From Candidatus Blochmanniella floridana (GTDB lineage Bacteria > Pseudomonadota > Gammaproteobacteria > Enterobacterales > Enterobacteriaceae): DNA of 32,000 nucleotides. The stretch is taken from NCBI GenBank assembly GCA_000043285.1, contig BX248583.1, forward strand, positions 420,001 through 452,000. The letters are read 5' to 3'. How positions within the stretch are numbered: the stretch's first letter is position 1; each line of letters starts with the position of its first letter. Both the position numbers and the translations under genes were made by a program. The notes beneath the pieces were generated by a model. That model was not told the origin of the DNA. It searched no databases and worked only from the letters and a program-made list of their open reading frames with translations. Positions 20,304 through 30,316 of the stretch are shown here, one piece after another.

Positions 20304-20538
20304 AACTATTTTTTCTGTACGTTTTGATTATATTATACTTTATATACACCTAATATATTTGTAATCCAAAAATATAAATGGTGACAATTTATATAATTAT
20401 GTAATTTATAAAACAATCTTCACTGTAAATTTTACATTAAAATACCATTTTATTGAAACAAAACATTGTTCTACTTATAATAAATATTGTTGTAATATAA
20501 ATGAATACGTATATATATCATTGATGTACACCATAATA

Positions 20539-20916
20539 TTAGTATCTCTCATCTAACAATGGTCCCAATTGTTTTCCTCCTAATAAGTGCATATGTAAAT
20601 GATAAATTTCTTGACCAGCATTAACATTACAATTAATAATTAATCTATAACCTGAAATATGTATATTTTTTTGATTAGCTATCTTTGCTGCTACTATAAA
20701 TAATCTTCCTAAAGTTATCTCATGATGAGATTTCACATCATTAACAGTCGGAATTAATTCATTAGGAACAATTAAAATATGAATAGGAGCTTTAGGATAT
20801 AAATCACAAAATGCTGTAACTAATTCATCCTGATAAAGAATATTCGTTTTAATTTTCTTCTGAATAATCTTAATAAACAAATCATTACTTTTCATTTTTT
20901 TACAATATACCTGCAT
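20539..20916 (-). CDS. hinT: HIT-family purine nucleoside phosphoramidase
   Basis: LYQDELVTAFCDLYPKAPIHILIVPNELIPTVNDV and the HIT motif HLHMHLLGG match E. coli HinT. The start is ambiguous: ATG at 20916 or the internal ATG at 20895 (MKSNDLF...), which fits the E. coli length better. Confidence 0.9.
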   Translation of the reverse strand: MQVYCKKMKSNDLFIKIIQKKIKTNILYQDELVTAFCDLYPKAPIHILIVPNELIPTVNDVKSHHEITLGRLFIVAAKIANQKNIHISGYRLIINCNVNAGQEIYHLHMHLLGGKQLGPLLDERY

Positions 20917-21001
20917 TAAAATTATTAATTATGTAAAATTACAAAATACATATAAAATATTTTTATACATTATCTATTATTTCAATAAGATTAATATATT
21001 T

Positions 21002-21781
21002 TTATAGTATTTGAAATAATTTATAAAAATTTGATGTAGTAATAAATGCTATATTGTCTAACGAAATTTTTTTTATATTTGCAATATACTTAGCAATTTC
21101 ATAAACATAAGCTGGCTGATTTTCTTGACCCCTATATGGAACAGGGGTAAGGTATGGAGAATCAGTTTCTAACAATATACGATCTAACGGAACATATTGA
21201 ATAATTTTTTTAAATCTGTCAACTTTTTGAAATGTTATTATTCCTGAAAAAGATATATAAAAACTCATATCTAATAAAATCTTAGCGGAATCTATATCTT
21301 CACTAAAACAATGTAAAACTCCACCAACTTTTTCAGCATGCTCTTCGTGTAACACAGTTATAGTATCATTTATAGCATTGCGACTATGCACGATAATAGG
21401 TTTATTTGCATCTTTAGCAACAGCTATATGTTTTCGAAACACTACTTTCTGTATATCTATGTTACTCATACTATGATAATAATCTAATCCAGTTTCCCCA
21501 ATTGCTACGACATTTTTATTACAAGAAAATTTCTTTAACTTATCATAATCAAAATTTTTAATATGATATACATCTACAGGATGTACTCCACAAGAAAATA
21601 TTACTTCAGGCCTACATCCAATATTACGTACCATAACTTCATAATCAGATATACTAGTACTTACTGACAACATTAATTTTACATTTTTTTGATAAGCTTT
21701 TCTTAATACGTCTGATATATCTTTGTGAATAATTTTGTAATCCAATTGATTAAGATGACAATGAGAATCAATTAAAAACAT
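21002..21781 (-). CDS. ycfH: TatD-family metal-dependent hydrolase YcfH
   Basis: 259 aa. MFLIDSHCHLNQLDY corresponds to E. coli MFLVDSHCHLDGLDY. FSCGVHP, IGETGLDYY, GGVLHCFSED, ISFSGIITF and ETDSPYLTPVPYRGQENQPA are all YcfH blocks. It lies downstream of holB as in E. coli. Confidence 0.93.
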   Translation of the reverse strand: MFLIDSHCHLNQLDYKIIHKDISDVLRKAYQKNVKLMLSVSTSISDYEVMVRNIGCRPEVIFSCGVHPVDVYHIKNFDYDKLKKFSCNKNVVAIGETGLDYYHSMSNIDIQKVVFRKHIAVAKDANKPIIVHSRNAINDTITVLHEEHAEKVGGVLHCFSEDIDSAKILLDMSFYISFSGIITFQKVDRFKKIIQYVPLDRILLETDSPYLTPVPYRGQENQPAYVYEIAKYIANIKKISLDNIAFITTSNFYKLFQIL

Positions 21782-21799
21782 AATATTATATACCTCTAG

Positions 21800-22807
21800 T
21801 TACTGTATGCACGACTCAATCGTACCTTGTTGCCAATTTAGTAATCGACAAGTTAACAATAATTCATGATTAATATTATCAAATCTTTGAAAATAATAAA
21901 ATAGAATTATCCATTGACTTAACTGATTATGCAAAGATAATACCTTCCAATACACCGATATATTTAATATAAGTTGTAATTGATCTAAATTTATAAAAAA
22001 TTTTTCCTTTACACCTTGTCGATATTTTAATGCATCTACCAATAATGTAATTAACCAAGATATAAAAATATATCTATGTTCTTTATTCTTCAATATCGGC
22101 AAAAGTTGTAAAAAATTCCCATTTTTAATAACATCATTAATATGATTACATAATTCTACCCGAGCTTTCCATTGATCTGACTGTAACATAACTTTCGCTT
22201 CTATAGGAGATCCATAATTTAATCGTAACGCAGTTGTTAAAAACAATATATTATCTAATTTTTGATTATTTATTAACCATTCTATTCCTAATGATTCTAC
22301 AGGAGGAGTAACAACCCACTTAACACAACGACTTAATAAAGTTAGTGGAATATTTATAATTTTTCTAGATCTGAAAAAAAAATAAGTATTATCTGGAGGC
22401 TCTTCTAAAATTTTCAATAACATATTAACAGCTTCATCAGTTAAATATTCAATATATTGTATAAAAACAATTTTAGATTTACTGTATTGAGTAAATCGAT
22501 ATATTGAATCAATACAATCTCTAATACTATCTACTCCTATAGACTGCGCTTGATATTTTAAATCTAACTGATAATAATCAGGATGTTGTCCAATATTCAT
22601 TAAATAACAATCAGAACAAGAATTACAATATTTTATTTTAAAAGAATTTTTACAAATTAACCAACGAGCAATAGAGTTAATTAATATATCTTCTCCATTA
22701 TTCTGCGTGCTATATAACAATAAGGCATGATGCCCTTTCTTAATATCATAAGAAAACAATATTTGATTATAAATAGTATTTAACCAAGGATACTGTATCA
22801 TTTTCAT
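21800..22807 (-). CDS. holB: DNA polymerase III delta-prime subunit
   Basis: 335 aa with YPWLNTIYNQIL...KGHHALLL (E. coli WYPWLRP...RGHHALLI), a Cys cluster CNSCSDCYLM, HPDYYQL, LLKILEEPP and LLSRC. The tmk-holB-ycfH order is conserved. Confidence 0.9.
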   Translation of the reverse strand: MKMIQYPWLNTIYNQILFSYDIKKGHHALLLYSTQNNGEDILINSIARWLICKNSFKIKYCNSCSDCYLMNIGQHPDYYQLDLKYQAQSIGVDSIRDCIDSIYRFTQYSKSKIVFIQYIEYLTDEAVNMLLKILEEPPDNTYFFFRSRKIINIPLTLLSRCVKWVVTPPVESLGIEWLINNQKLDNILFLTTALRLNYGSPIEAKVMLQSDQWKARVELCNHINDVIKNGNFLQLLPILKNKEHRYIFISWLITLLVDALKYRQGVKEKFFINLDQLQLILNISVYWKVLSLHNQLSQWIILFYYFQRFDNINHELLLTCRLLNWQQGTIESCIQ

Positions 22808-22812
22808 ATAAT

Positions 22813-23466
22813 TTATTTATATAAATCACATAACCACTGATCTAAATACCTATAAATAAATACACAAACCTGTTCTAATGGTTGACTAGCATCAATCATA
22901 ATAATATTCTCTTTTAAAAATGCTAACTTACGATAATATGAACGTACTCGATTAAAGAAACTTAATGATTCTTGTTCAATACGATCTAATACCTTTCTAT
23001 TTTTTATACGTGACAAAACCAATTCTGAAGGAATATCTAAATAAAATATTAATTTTGGAAAAAAATCATTTATAACGTACTGAGATAACATATTTAACAA
23101 CACACTATTTAATTTTCGACCAGCTCCTTGATATGCAAAAGAAGATAAATCACATCTATCCCCAATTACCCAATCACCTTTAAATAACGCTGGTTTTATA
23201 ACATTTTCTAATAATTGAGACCGAGCTGCATATAACATTAATAATTCTGAAAGATCAGTCAACTTTTCATTTTTAGATTTATTTTTAATCAATTCACTTA
23301 ATATATACGCAATTTCCGTTCCTCCAGGCTCATGTGTAGTAATTACATTAGTTATTTTTTGATTGTAAAAATATTTAACTATTTTATGTACGATAGTAGT
23401 CTTCCCTGAACCATCTAATCCTTCAACTACAATAAACCTATTATTCATAATATTATTATCTTTCAT
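22813..23466 (-). CDS. tmk: thymidylate kinase
   Basis: 217 aa with the P-loop FIVVEGLDGSGKTT, plus HEPGGTEIA, DRCDLSSFAYQGAGR and DRIEQESLSFFNRVRSYY. An AGGT lies 7 nt upstream of the ATG at 23466. The internal Met at 23448 is an alternative start. Confidence 0.93.
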   Translation of the reverse strand: MKDNNIMNNRFIVVEGLDGSGKTTIVHKIVKYFYNQKITNVITTHEPGGTEIAYILSELIKNKSKNEKLTDLSELLMLYAARSQLLENVIKPALFKGDWVIGDRCDLSSFAYQGAGRKLNSVLLNMLSQYVINDFFPKLIFYLDIPSELVLSRIKNRKVLDRIEQESLSFFNRVRSYYRKLAFLKENIIMIDASQPLEQVCVFIYRYLDQWLCDLYK

Positions 23467-23621
23467 AATATACCTGATATTTTATTACTAAATATCTATG
23501 TTTTTTCATAAAATATATACATAAATACTTTTGCATATTACAACATAATCATTGAATTTAATATCAAATCTATTACATATATTTATCATTATAATTATTT
23601 TAAAATAATTATAAATATGTA

Positions 23622-24440
23622 TTATTCATCTATTACATAATTCTTTAATATATTACACAATTCATTATTTGTATAAAAATAATCATTAATTGAATTCACC
23701 GGAGCCAATGGTAATAACGAATTAGTAATAAACACTTCATCTACTGATTTTAAGCGTTCAATTCCTACCATAACTTCTTGAATGGAATAACCTAATTTAG
23801 GTAATAACCGTATAATTAATTGACGCATAACTCCATTAACACCAGCATATAATAAAGATGGAGTAAAAACTTGATTTTTTTGACGCCAAAAAATATTAGC
23901 ACTACAACATTCTATAACATTAGAATCAGTATCAAGTACTAATGCTTCATCAGCCTTATCATCGTTATTGATATCATAAGAAATCATCACTTGTTCTAAT
24001 CGATTTAAATGTTTTATACCTGCAAAAAAAGAATTACGAGACAATCGTATTTTACTTGTTTTTAAACGTACTCCCAAATGAAACCACTGACTGTAATATT
24101 TTGGTAATGGACTAATGCGTATAATACGATATAAATCACTATAATTATCAGATTTATATCCATATTTTTTATTCTTATTTATACGACTAATAATAATTTT
24201 AATTATACCATCTGCATTATAATTTAATATCGATTGGAATATTTCTTCATATAAGATATCATAATTTACATTATTAAACATCAATCGACGTGCTGATACC
24301 TTTAATCTCTCCATATGCCAATTAAACAAATGTATTTTACCATTATAAATCTTGGCGGTTGTAAAAAAACCATCCCCAAAATGTAAAGCTCGAACATCTA
24401 ATGATATTTTTTTTGTTAAAACTCCATTAATCCAATACAT
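23622..24440 (-). CDS. pabC: aminodeoxychorismate lyase (class IV PLP enzyme)
   Basis: 272 aa. MYWINGVLTKKISLDVRALHFGDGFFTTAKIYNGKIHLFNWHMERLKVSARRL aligns with E. coli PabC MFLINGHKQESLAVSDRATQFGDGCFTTARVIDGKVSLLSAHIQRLQDACEKL. Its position between acpP and tmk matches E. coli. Confidence 0.85.
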   Translation of the reverse strand: MYWINGVLTKKISLDVRALHFGDGFFTTAKIYNGKIHLFNWHMERLKVSARRLMFNNVNYDILYEEIFQSILNYNADGIIKIIISRINKNKKYGYKSDNYSDLYRIIRISPLPKYYSQWFHLGVRLKTSKIRLSRNSFFAGIKHLNRLEQVMISYDINNDDKADEALVLDTDSNVIECCSANIFWRQKNQVFTPSLLYAGVNGVMRQLIIRLLPKLGYSIQEVMVGIERLKSVDEVFITNSLLPLAPVNSINDYFYTNNELCNILKNYVIDE

Positions 24441-24566
24441 CTGATTTTGATTAACAGTTAAACATATTATTAATACAAATTATTTTCTATTTAATCTTAC
24501 AAAAATGTATAATTAAACCCTTATGTTACAATTCTGGATACATAATTTATACTATTACTATTATGT

Positions 24567-24803
24567 CTATTTCTGATTAGTATGAATGAAATCTATAGCT
24601 GCTTGAACAGTAGTAATTTTTTCTGCCTCTTCATCTGGGATTTCAATATCAAACTCTTCCTCTAATGCCATAACTAATTCAACAGTATCAAGAGAATCAG
24701 CTCCTAAATCATCAACAAACGAAGCATGATTTACTACTTCTTCCTGTTTTACTCCTAATTGTTCAGCAATAATAGTTTTTACTTTTTCTTCAACAATGCT
24801 CAT
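24567..24803 (-). CDS. acpP: acyl carrier protein
   Basis: 78 aa, [23 protein letters not shown]...[40 protein letters not shown]. Nearly identical to E. coli AcpP, including the DSLD phosphopantetheine site. Confidence 0.98.
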
Positions 24804-24939
24804 ACACTTATACCCTATATAATACTAATTTATCAATTTAATAACTAAAACCTTTATTAATTAAATAACTCATGTAGTAATGATTACAATTTAAATTGAC
24901 TCTTTACTATAGAATAATATTCATTAACTATTATATATA

Positions 24940-25674
24940 TTACCCCATATACATACCTCCATTAATATGTATGGTCTGACCCGTAATATATTCTGAATTA
25001 TCAGATGCAAAAAATATCACTGCATTTGCAACATCTTGAGGCTCTCCAAAACGAGCAATTGGAATTTTAGATAAAATATTTTTTTTTTGTTTATCGGTTA
25101 ATTTTTTTGTCATATTAGTACAAATAAAACCTGGTGTTACCAAATTTACTGTAATACCTCTAGACGCCACCTCTCTAGCTAATGATCTGGTTAACCCAAT
25201 TAATCCCGATTTAGATGCTGAATAATTTACTTGACCAACATTTCCAGTCATACCTATTATAGAACCTATATTAATAATTCTACCGTAACGATTTTTCATC
25301 ATTGGTTTGATTACAGCTTTAGACATACGATATACTGCAGTTAAATTTACATCTATCACTGATTGCCATTCATTTTCCATCATATGTAATAAAATATTAT
25401 CCTGAACAATACCAGCATTATTTACTAATATATTAATATCTCCAAACTCCGAACGTACTTCCTGTATACAACAATCAATTGAATGCTGATTCGTAACATT
25501 TAATTGCATACCTTTACCTTGGTTACCGAAACGTACATTAATATCTCTTACTCCTATATAATCAGTAGCAGTACCTATTACTATAGCCCCATATTTAATA
25601 AATTGTTCAGAAATAGCTTGACCAATTCCACTACGCGCTCCCGTCACTAATACAATTTTTCCCTTAAAAGTCAT
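24940..25674 (-). CDS. fabG: 3-oxoacyl-ACP reductase
   Basis: 244 aa SDR with GKIVLVTGARSGIGQAI, NNAGI, the catalytic YSASKSG and the end GQTIHINGGMYMG. It lies in the fabD-fabG-acpP order. Confidence 0.95.
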   Translation of the reverse strand: MTFKGKIVLVTGARSGIGQAISEQFIKYGAIVIGTATDYIGVRDINVRFGNQGKGMQLNVTNQHSIDCCIQEVRSEFGDINILVNNAGIVQDNILLHMMENEWQSVIDVNLTAVYRMSKAVIKPMMKNRYGRIINIGSIIGMTGNVGQVNYSASKSGLIGLTRSLAREVASRGITVNLVTPGFICTNMTKKLTDKQKKNILSKIPIARFGEPQDVANAVIFFASDNSEYITGQTIHINGGMYMG

Positions 25675-25712
25675 TATATATCTCTTCCTATTATAATATA
25701 CTAAATAAAAAA

Positions 25713-26678
25713 TTAATTACGAATAATACATTGTATAGCTTTTGATAATGAATCAACATCATTTATCGATAAACTAAATAAACTATCACTATATACAGAT
25801 CTCTGTATTAATCTTGTTAATACTTTTCCAGGACCCATTTCTAAAACTATTTTTATATCCTTATTAATAAATTCTTGCATAATTTCGTTCCAACGCACCG
25901 GATTATATAATTGTCGTATTAATGAATCACGAATAAATTGAGGTTCTTGTTCAATAGATACATCAACATTATTTATTACAGGTATTTTAGGAGAAGAAAT
26001 AACTGTATTTTCTATAATCTTCTGGAATCTACTAACCATTTTTTTCATTATAGAACAATGAGATGGTACGCTAATCGGTAATGTTGTAACATATTTCGCT
26101 CCTGCCTTTTTACAAAGTAAATTAACATGATTTACTGCTGCTTTATGACCAGATATAACTATGTTATCTGAAGTATTAAAACCAGCAGGAGCAACAATTT
26201 GATCATCTATAGATTCTACAATTTGACATAATTCACGAACAACATCATCACTTAATCCAATAATAATAGACATAGCTCCATATCCATCAGGAGAAATTTC
26301 TTGCATCAAAACACTTCTTGTTGTTACCAATTTTATCGCAGATAAAAAATCTATACTACCTGAACATACCAAGGCAGAATATTCTCCTAAACTATGCCCT
26401 GCCATTACATTTGGTAATTTCCCTATTTGTTGCATCCATACTTTCCAAATAGCTACTGAAGCCGTTAAAATAGCAGGCTGAGAATAATAAGTTTTATTTA
26501 ATTCGCTGATAGGCCCGAACTGAACCAAATTCCATACATCATAATTTAAAATTTCTGATGCTTCATAAAACGTGTCCCTTATCGCATGATAAGAATTAGC
26601 AAGATCTGATAGCATTCCTATATGTTGCGATGCTTGACCAGGAAATACTACAGCAAATATATCATTATGTGCAATCAT
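25713..26678 (-). CDS. fabD: malonyl-CoA:ACP transacylase
   Basis: 321 aa with FAVVFPGQASQ (G-to-A variant of FPGQGSQ), the active-site GHSLGEYSALV, VPSHCSIMK and RQLYNPVRW. Confidence 0.95.
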   Translation of the reverse strand: MIAHNDIFAVVFPGQASQHIGMLSDLANSYHAIRDTFYEASEILNYDVWNLVQFGPISELNKTYYSQPAILTASVAIWKVWMQQIGKLPNVMAGHSLGEYSALVCSGSIDFLSAIKLVTTRSVLMQEISPDGYGAMSIIIGLSDDVVRELCQIVESIDDQIVAPAGFNTSDNIVISGHKAAVNHVNLLCKKAGAKYVTTLPISVPSHCSIMKKMVSRFQKIIENTVISSPKIPVINNVDVSIEQEPQFIRDSLIRQLYNPVRWNEIMQEFINKDIKIVLEMGPGKVLTRLIQRSVYSDSLFSLSINDVDSLSKAIQCIIRN

Positions 26679-26706
26679 ATATGATTTCCTTACTATTTAT
26701 TTATCG

Positions 26707-27663
26707 TTAAAATCTTAATAAAACTGAACCCCAAGTTAACCCTGCTCCAAATGCTTCTAGCAATAACAATTGATTTGATTTAATACGTCCATCACGCACA
26801 GCCTCATCCAAAGCTAAAGGAATAGAAGCAGCAGAAGTATTTCCATGTTTATGTAAAGTAATTATTATTTTTTCCATATCTATATTCAATCGTTTAGCTG
26901 CTTTAGAAATAATTCTCAAATTAGCTTGATGAGGTACTAACCAATCTAATTCATCTTGTTGCAAATTATTTGCATGCAAAGTTTCATTAATAATACCAGT
27001 TAACGTAGCAATTGCCATTTTAAATACTTTATTGCCAGACATAGTTAAGTAAACAGATAATTTTTCAGGATTTTGTGTATTATAATGAGGCAAAGTTAAT
27101 AAATCTCCATAATATCCATTTGCATGTAGATGAGTTGAAATAATTCCTGGACTTTTCGAACGACCTAATATTACTGCTCCTGCTCCATCTCCAAATAAAA
27201 TTAATGTACTACGATCGTTAGGATTTAAAAAATGACTTAAAATATCTGATCCTACAATCAAAGCATATTTTACAACACCATTCTTAATATATTGATTAGC
27301 TACATCTAATGCATATACAAAACCTGAACAAGCTGCCGATAAATCAAAAGCAATGGTATCTGATATTTTTAAATCACGCTGAATTTGACATGCTGAACTA
27401 GGAAAGGCATGACTAGATGATGTTGTAGCAACAATAATAATTCCTATTTCATTTGCTTCAATACAGGACATATCTAAAGCTTTTTTAGATGCAAAATAAC
27501 CCATTTTAGCAACAGTCTCACTAGAATTAGAAATACGACGTTCCTTAATTCCAGTACGAGCTATAATCCACGCATTAGAAGTATCTACCATTTTCTCTAA
27601 AATAATATTAGATCTAATATATTTTGGTAAATAACTTCCAGTTCCAAGAATTTTAGTAAACAT
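26707..27663 (-). CDS. fabH: 3-oxoacyl-ACP synthase III
   Basis: 318 aa with ILGTGSYLP, the active-site Cys in [23 protein letters not shown] and [21 protein letters not shown]. Confidence 0.95.
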   Translation of the reverse strand: MFTKILGTGSYLPKYIRSNIILEKMVDTSNAWIIARTGIKERRISNSSETVAKMGYFASKKALDMSCIEANEIGIIIVATTSSSHAFPSSACQIQRDLKISDTIAFDLSAACSGFVYALDVANQYIKNGVVKYALIVGSDILSHFLNPNDRSTLILFGDGAGAVILGRSKSPGIISTHLHANGYYGDLLTLPHYNTQNPEKLSVYLTMSGNKVFKMAIATLTGIINETLHANNLQQDELDWLVPHQANLRIISKAAKRLNIDMEKIIITLHKHGNTSAASIPLALDEAVRDGRIKSNQLLLLEAFGAGLTWGSVLLRF

Positions 27664-27674
27664 ATATCAATTAA

Positions 27675-28709
27675 CTATTTCTTATACAACATCATAGTAT
27701 TTAATCGATCAGCAATTTTTTCTGGTATTCTTCGCTCCACAGCATACATAGCCTGAGTAATAGCTTTGGTAAAAGCATGTTTATTTGCGCCTCCATGACT
27801 TTTTATCACTGTGCTACGTAATCCTACTAAATATGCTCCATTGTATAAATCTGGATTCAATTGCACAAATTGTTTAAATACACATTTATTCATCCACATT
27901 TTAATTTTTCTAATAAAATAATACAATTTATTTTTTTCTTCTGACGTTGTCAATAACGATAATATCAATCTCATCATCCCTTCCATAGTTTTTAATGTAA
28001 TATTACCTGCAAATCCATCACAGACTAAAACATCTGTTTTTCCCATTAATAAATCATTTGCCTCAATATATCCAATATAATGAATAGATGGAATAGTATG
28101 TAATATTTTTGATGCACAACGAATATTATCTAGACCTTTAGTTTCTTCTGATCCAATATTCAACAAAGCTACTCTAGGATTAACTATTCCTGCAATTTGT
28201 TCAGATAATACTGACCCCATAATAGCAAATTGTACCAGCATTGAATCATTACATAAAATATTAGCTCCCAAATCTAAAATCACAGTTTTTCCTTGTTTTT
28301 GATGAGGTAACAATGCAGTTAATGCTGGACGGTCAATACCATTGATAAGTTTAATAACTAATTTAGATAACCCCATAAGAGCACCTGTATTACCAGCGCT
28401 CACACACGCTTGCGCATGTCCTGATTTAATTAATTCTAATGCTATTCGCATCGATGTATTTTTACTCAACCGGATAGCTTGAGCTGGTCTATCATTATCA
28501 TTAACTACTGACTTTGATGGAATAAGAGTCAATCTACGCAAATATTTTACATTAAATCCATCTAAAATAGGTTTAATTACATCAGGATCTCCAACCAATA
28601 ACAACTTTAATTTAGGATGTAAAGACAAAGCCTCTAGTGAAGCAGGCACTGTCACTTTTGGCCCAAAATCTCCACCCATTGCATCTAACGCAAGCACTAA
28701 ATATTTCAA
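27675..28709 (-). CDS. plsX: phosphate acyltransferase PlsX
   Basis: 344 aa with [59 protein letters not shown] and VIKSHG. It lies downstream of rpmF as in E. coli. Confidence 0.95.
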   Translation of the reverse strand: MKYLVLALDAMGGDFGPKVTVPASLEALSLHPKLKLLLVGDPDVIKPILDGFNVKYLRRLTLIPSKSVVNDNDRPAQAIRLSKNTSMRIALELIKSGHAQACVSAGNTGALMGLSKLVIKLINGIDRPALTALLPHQKQGKTVILDLGANILCNDSMLVQFAIMGSVLSEQIAGIVNPRVALLNIGSEETKGLDNIRCASKILHTIPSIHYIGYIEANDLLMGKTDVLVCDGFAGNITLKTMEGMMRLILSLLTTSEEKNKLYYFIRKIKMWMNKCVFKQFVQLNPDLYNGAYLVGLRSTVIKSHGGANKHAFTKAITQAMYAVERRIPEKIADRLNTMMLYKK

Positions 28710-28729
28710 AATTATATTTTAAACTAAAA

Positions 28730-28900
28730 TTATTTTTCAATCATCTTTACACCTCGATAAAACCCATTCATAGTAATATAATGACGACGATGTATTTCTT
28801 TAGATACTTTATCTACTGATATTTGTGTTATTGGTAAAGCATTATGAGAACGTCTCATACCTCTTTTAGATCTAGTAGATTTATTTTGTTGTACTGCCAT
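28730..28900 (-). CDS. rpmF: 50S ribosomal protein L32
   Basis: The track ORF 28730..28915 starts at a TTG 5 codons too early. From the ATG at 28900 the product is [22 protein letters not shown]..., matching E. coli L32 [27 protein letters not shown] Shine-Dalgarno-like element lies about 10 nt upstream. Confidence 0.95.
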   Translation of the reverse strand: MAVQQNKSTRSKRGMRRSHNALPITQISVDKVSKEIHRRHYITMNGFYRGVKMIEK

Positions 28901-28997
28901 AATATAATACCCCAAGATTTATTTTTATCAATTATATTATATTAGTAACAATGACTACAATTTGATATGTAACAACTACATAATTAACATAACACCA

Positions 28998-29046
28998 AAT
29001 AAATAATTACAATATATATTTATAATATATATTGTAATTATTTATT
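28998..29046. repeat. Perfect 23-bp inverted repeat with a 3-nt spacer (49-bp palindrome)
   Basis: I checked it base by base. 28998-29020 (aataaataattacaatatatatt) is the exact reverse complement of 29024-29046 (aatatatattgtaattatttatt), with spacer tat. It contains a single G:C pair. It lies 98 nt upstream of the rpmF ATG, in the spacer where yceD and maf sit in E. coli. Confidence 0.9.
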
Positions 29047-29299
29047 GTCATCGTTAACCAATATCATAAATTAAAAATTATACATATAGTTTATATATAC
29101 TATAAATTATATATTTTATTTTAACAATAAATATAAAATTATTTAATAATAATTACATATAATAATCATTAGTGTGTTTAATTCTTAAAATATATTTAAT
29201 TACATAAAAAATCATTTAAATATATAATTTAGACCATGAATAAATTATATTACAATAAAATATATTTTTGAAATTTTACTAACTGGCTGATATATCATC

Positions 29300-29349
29300 A
29301 AATATTTACTATTAATAAATACTTTATTATTTGTTAATAGTAAATATTT
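29300..29349 (-). terminator. Long near-perfect inverted repeat overlapping the rluC stop codon (3'-end stem-loop or weak terminator)
   Basis: 29300-29321 pairs with 29328-29349: 21 Watson-Crick pairs plus one T-G position, with the loop ctttat. The rluC stop (29348-29350) lies in the right arm. No clear U-tract follows on the minus strand, so terminator function is uncertain. Confidence 0.3.
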
Positions 29350-30316
29350 AATTAACTAATTTTCTTAGAAAGGATAAACAATCATAAAAAGATTGATCTA
29401 CTGGAGCAGATATGTTCATTTTCTCTTCAGTACAAGGATGTATAAAACATAATGTAGATGCATGCAAAAATAATCTATTCCATCCTAATTTTTTAAATTG
29501 GACATTAACTTTCTGTTTTCCATATACGTGATCTCCTATAATGGGACATTGAGCATATTGTGTATGTACTCTAATTTGATGGGTTCGACCAGTAATAGGT
29601 ATAATATTTAACAATGTAGCTATATTTTTAAATCGTTCTTTGACTTGAAAACAAGTTTGAGCCAATTTTCCAAATTTTGAGTCTATAAAAACAACATTAA
29701 TGTTTTTAATGTAATCTTTTTTTTTAAATAATGGAGCAGATATTGAAGTTATATGTGTATCCCATGATCCATAAACTATGGCTAAATATGTTTTTTGTAT
29801 TTTTTGTAAACGCAATTGTTCATGTAATTTTATTAAAACAATCCTACTTTTCGCTATTAATAATAGACCAGACGTATCTCGATCTAAACGATGCACTAAC
29901 CATAAAAATCGTATTTTTGGACGTAACATTCTAAGAGCATCAATAATATTAAGCTGCAACTTATTATCACCTCCTCCATGTACTGAAATTCCAGAAGGTT
30001 TATTTAATACTAATAAATGCTCATCCTCATAAATTACTGTATTTTGCAAAAACATCATTTCTGATATATTACACATACAAGATTGACGTATTTTTACGTA
30101 TTTTATTGCGGGAATTTTCAGTAAATCTCCGATTTTTAACCTATATTGAAACTTAATTCTTTTTTTATTAACACGCACTTTCCCAATGCGTATCATTCGA
30201 TAAATCATAGATTTTGGAACCGTTTTTAAATAAAAACTCAAAAAATTATCAACTCTTTGGCCAGCGCAGTGATCAGAAACTTTTAACCAATGCAAACTAA
30301 TATTATTTTCTGTCAT
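29348..30316 (-). CDS. rluC: 23S rRNA pseudouridine (955/2504/2580) synthase
   Basis: 322 aa with an S4-like N-terminus [38 protein letters not shown] (E. coli [38 protein letters not shown]). The catalytic [12 protein letters not shown] is present, as is [14 protein letters not shown]. It is divergent from rne as in E. coli. Confidence 0.93.
   Translation of the reverse strand: [322 protein letters not shown]

Noticed and set aside
28637-28819. 60-aa plus-strand ORF
   Set aside because: It is antisense across the plsX start and the rpmF end, both of which are well supported.
29731-30032. Two overlapping plus-strand ORFs (67 and 84 aa)
   Set aside because: Both are antisense within rluC, in different frames, with no family resemblance.
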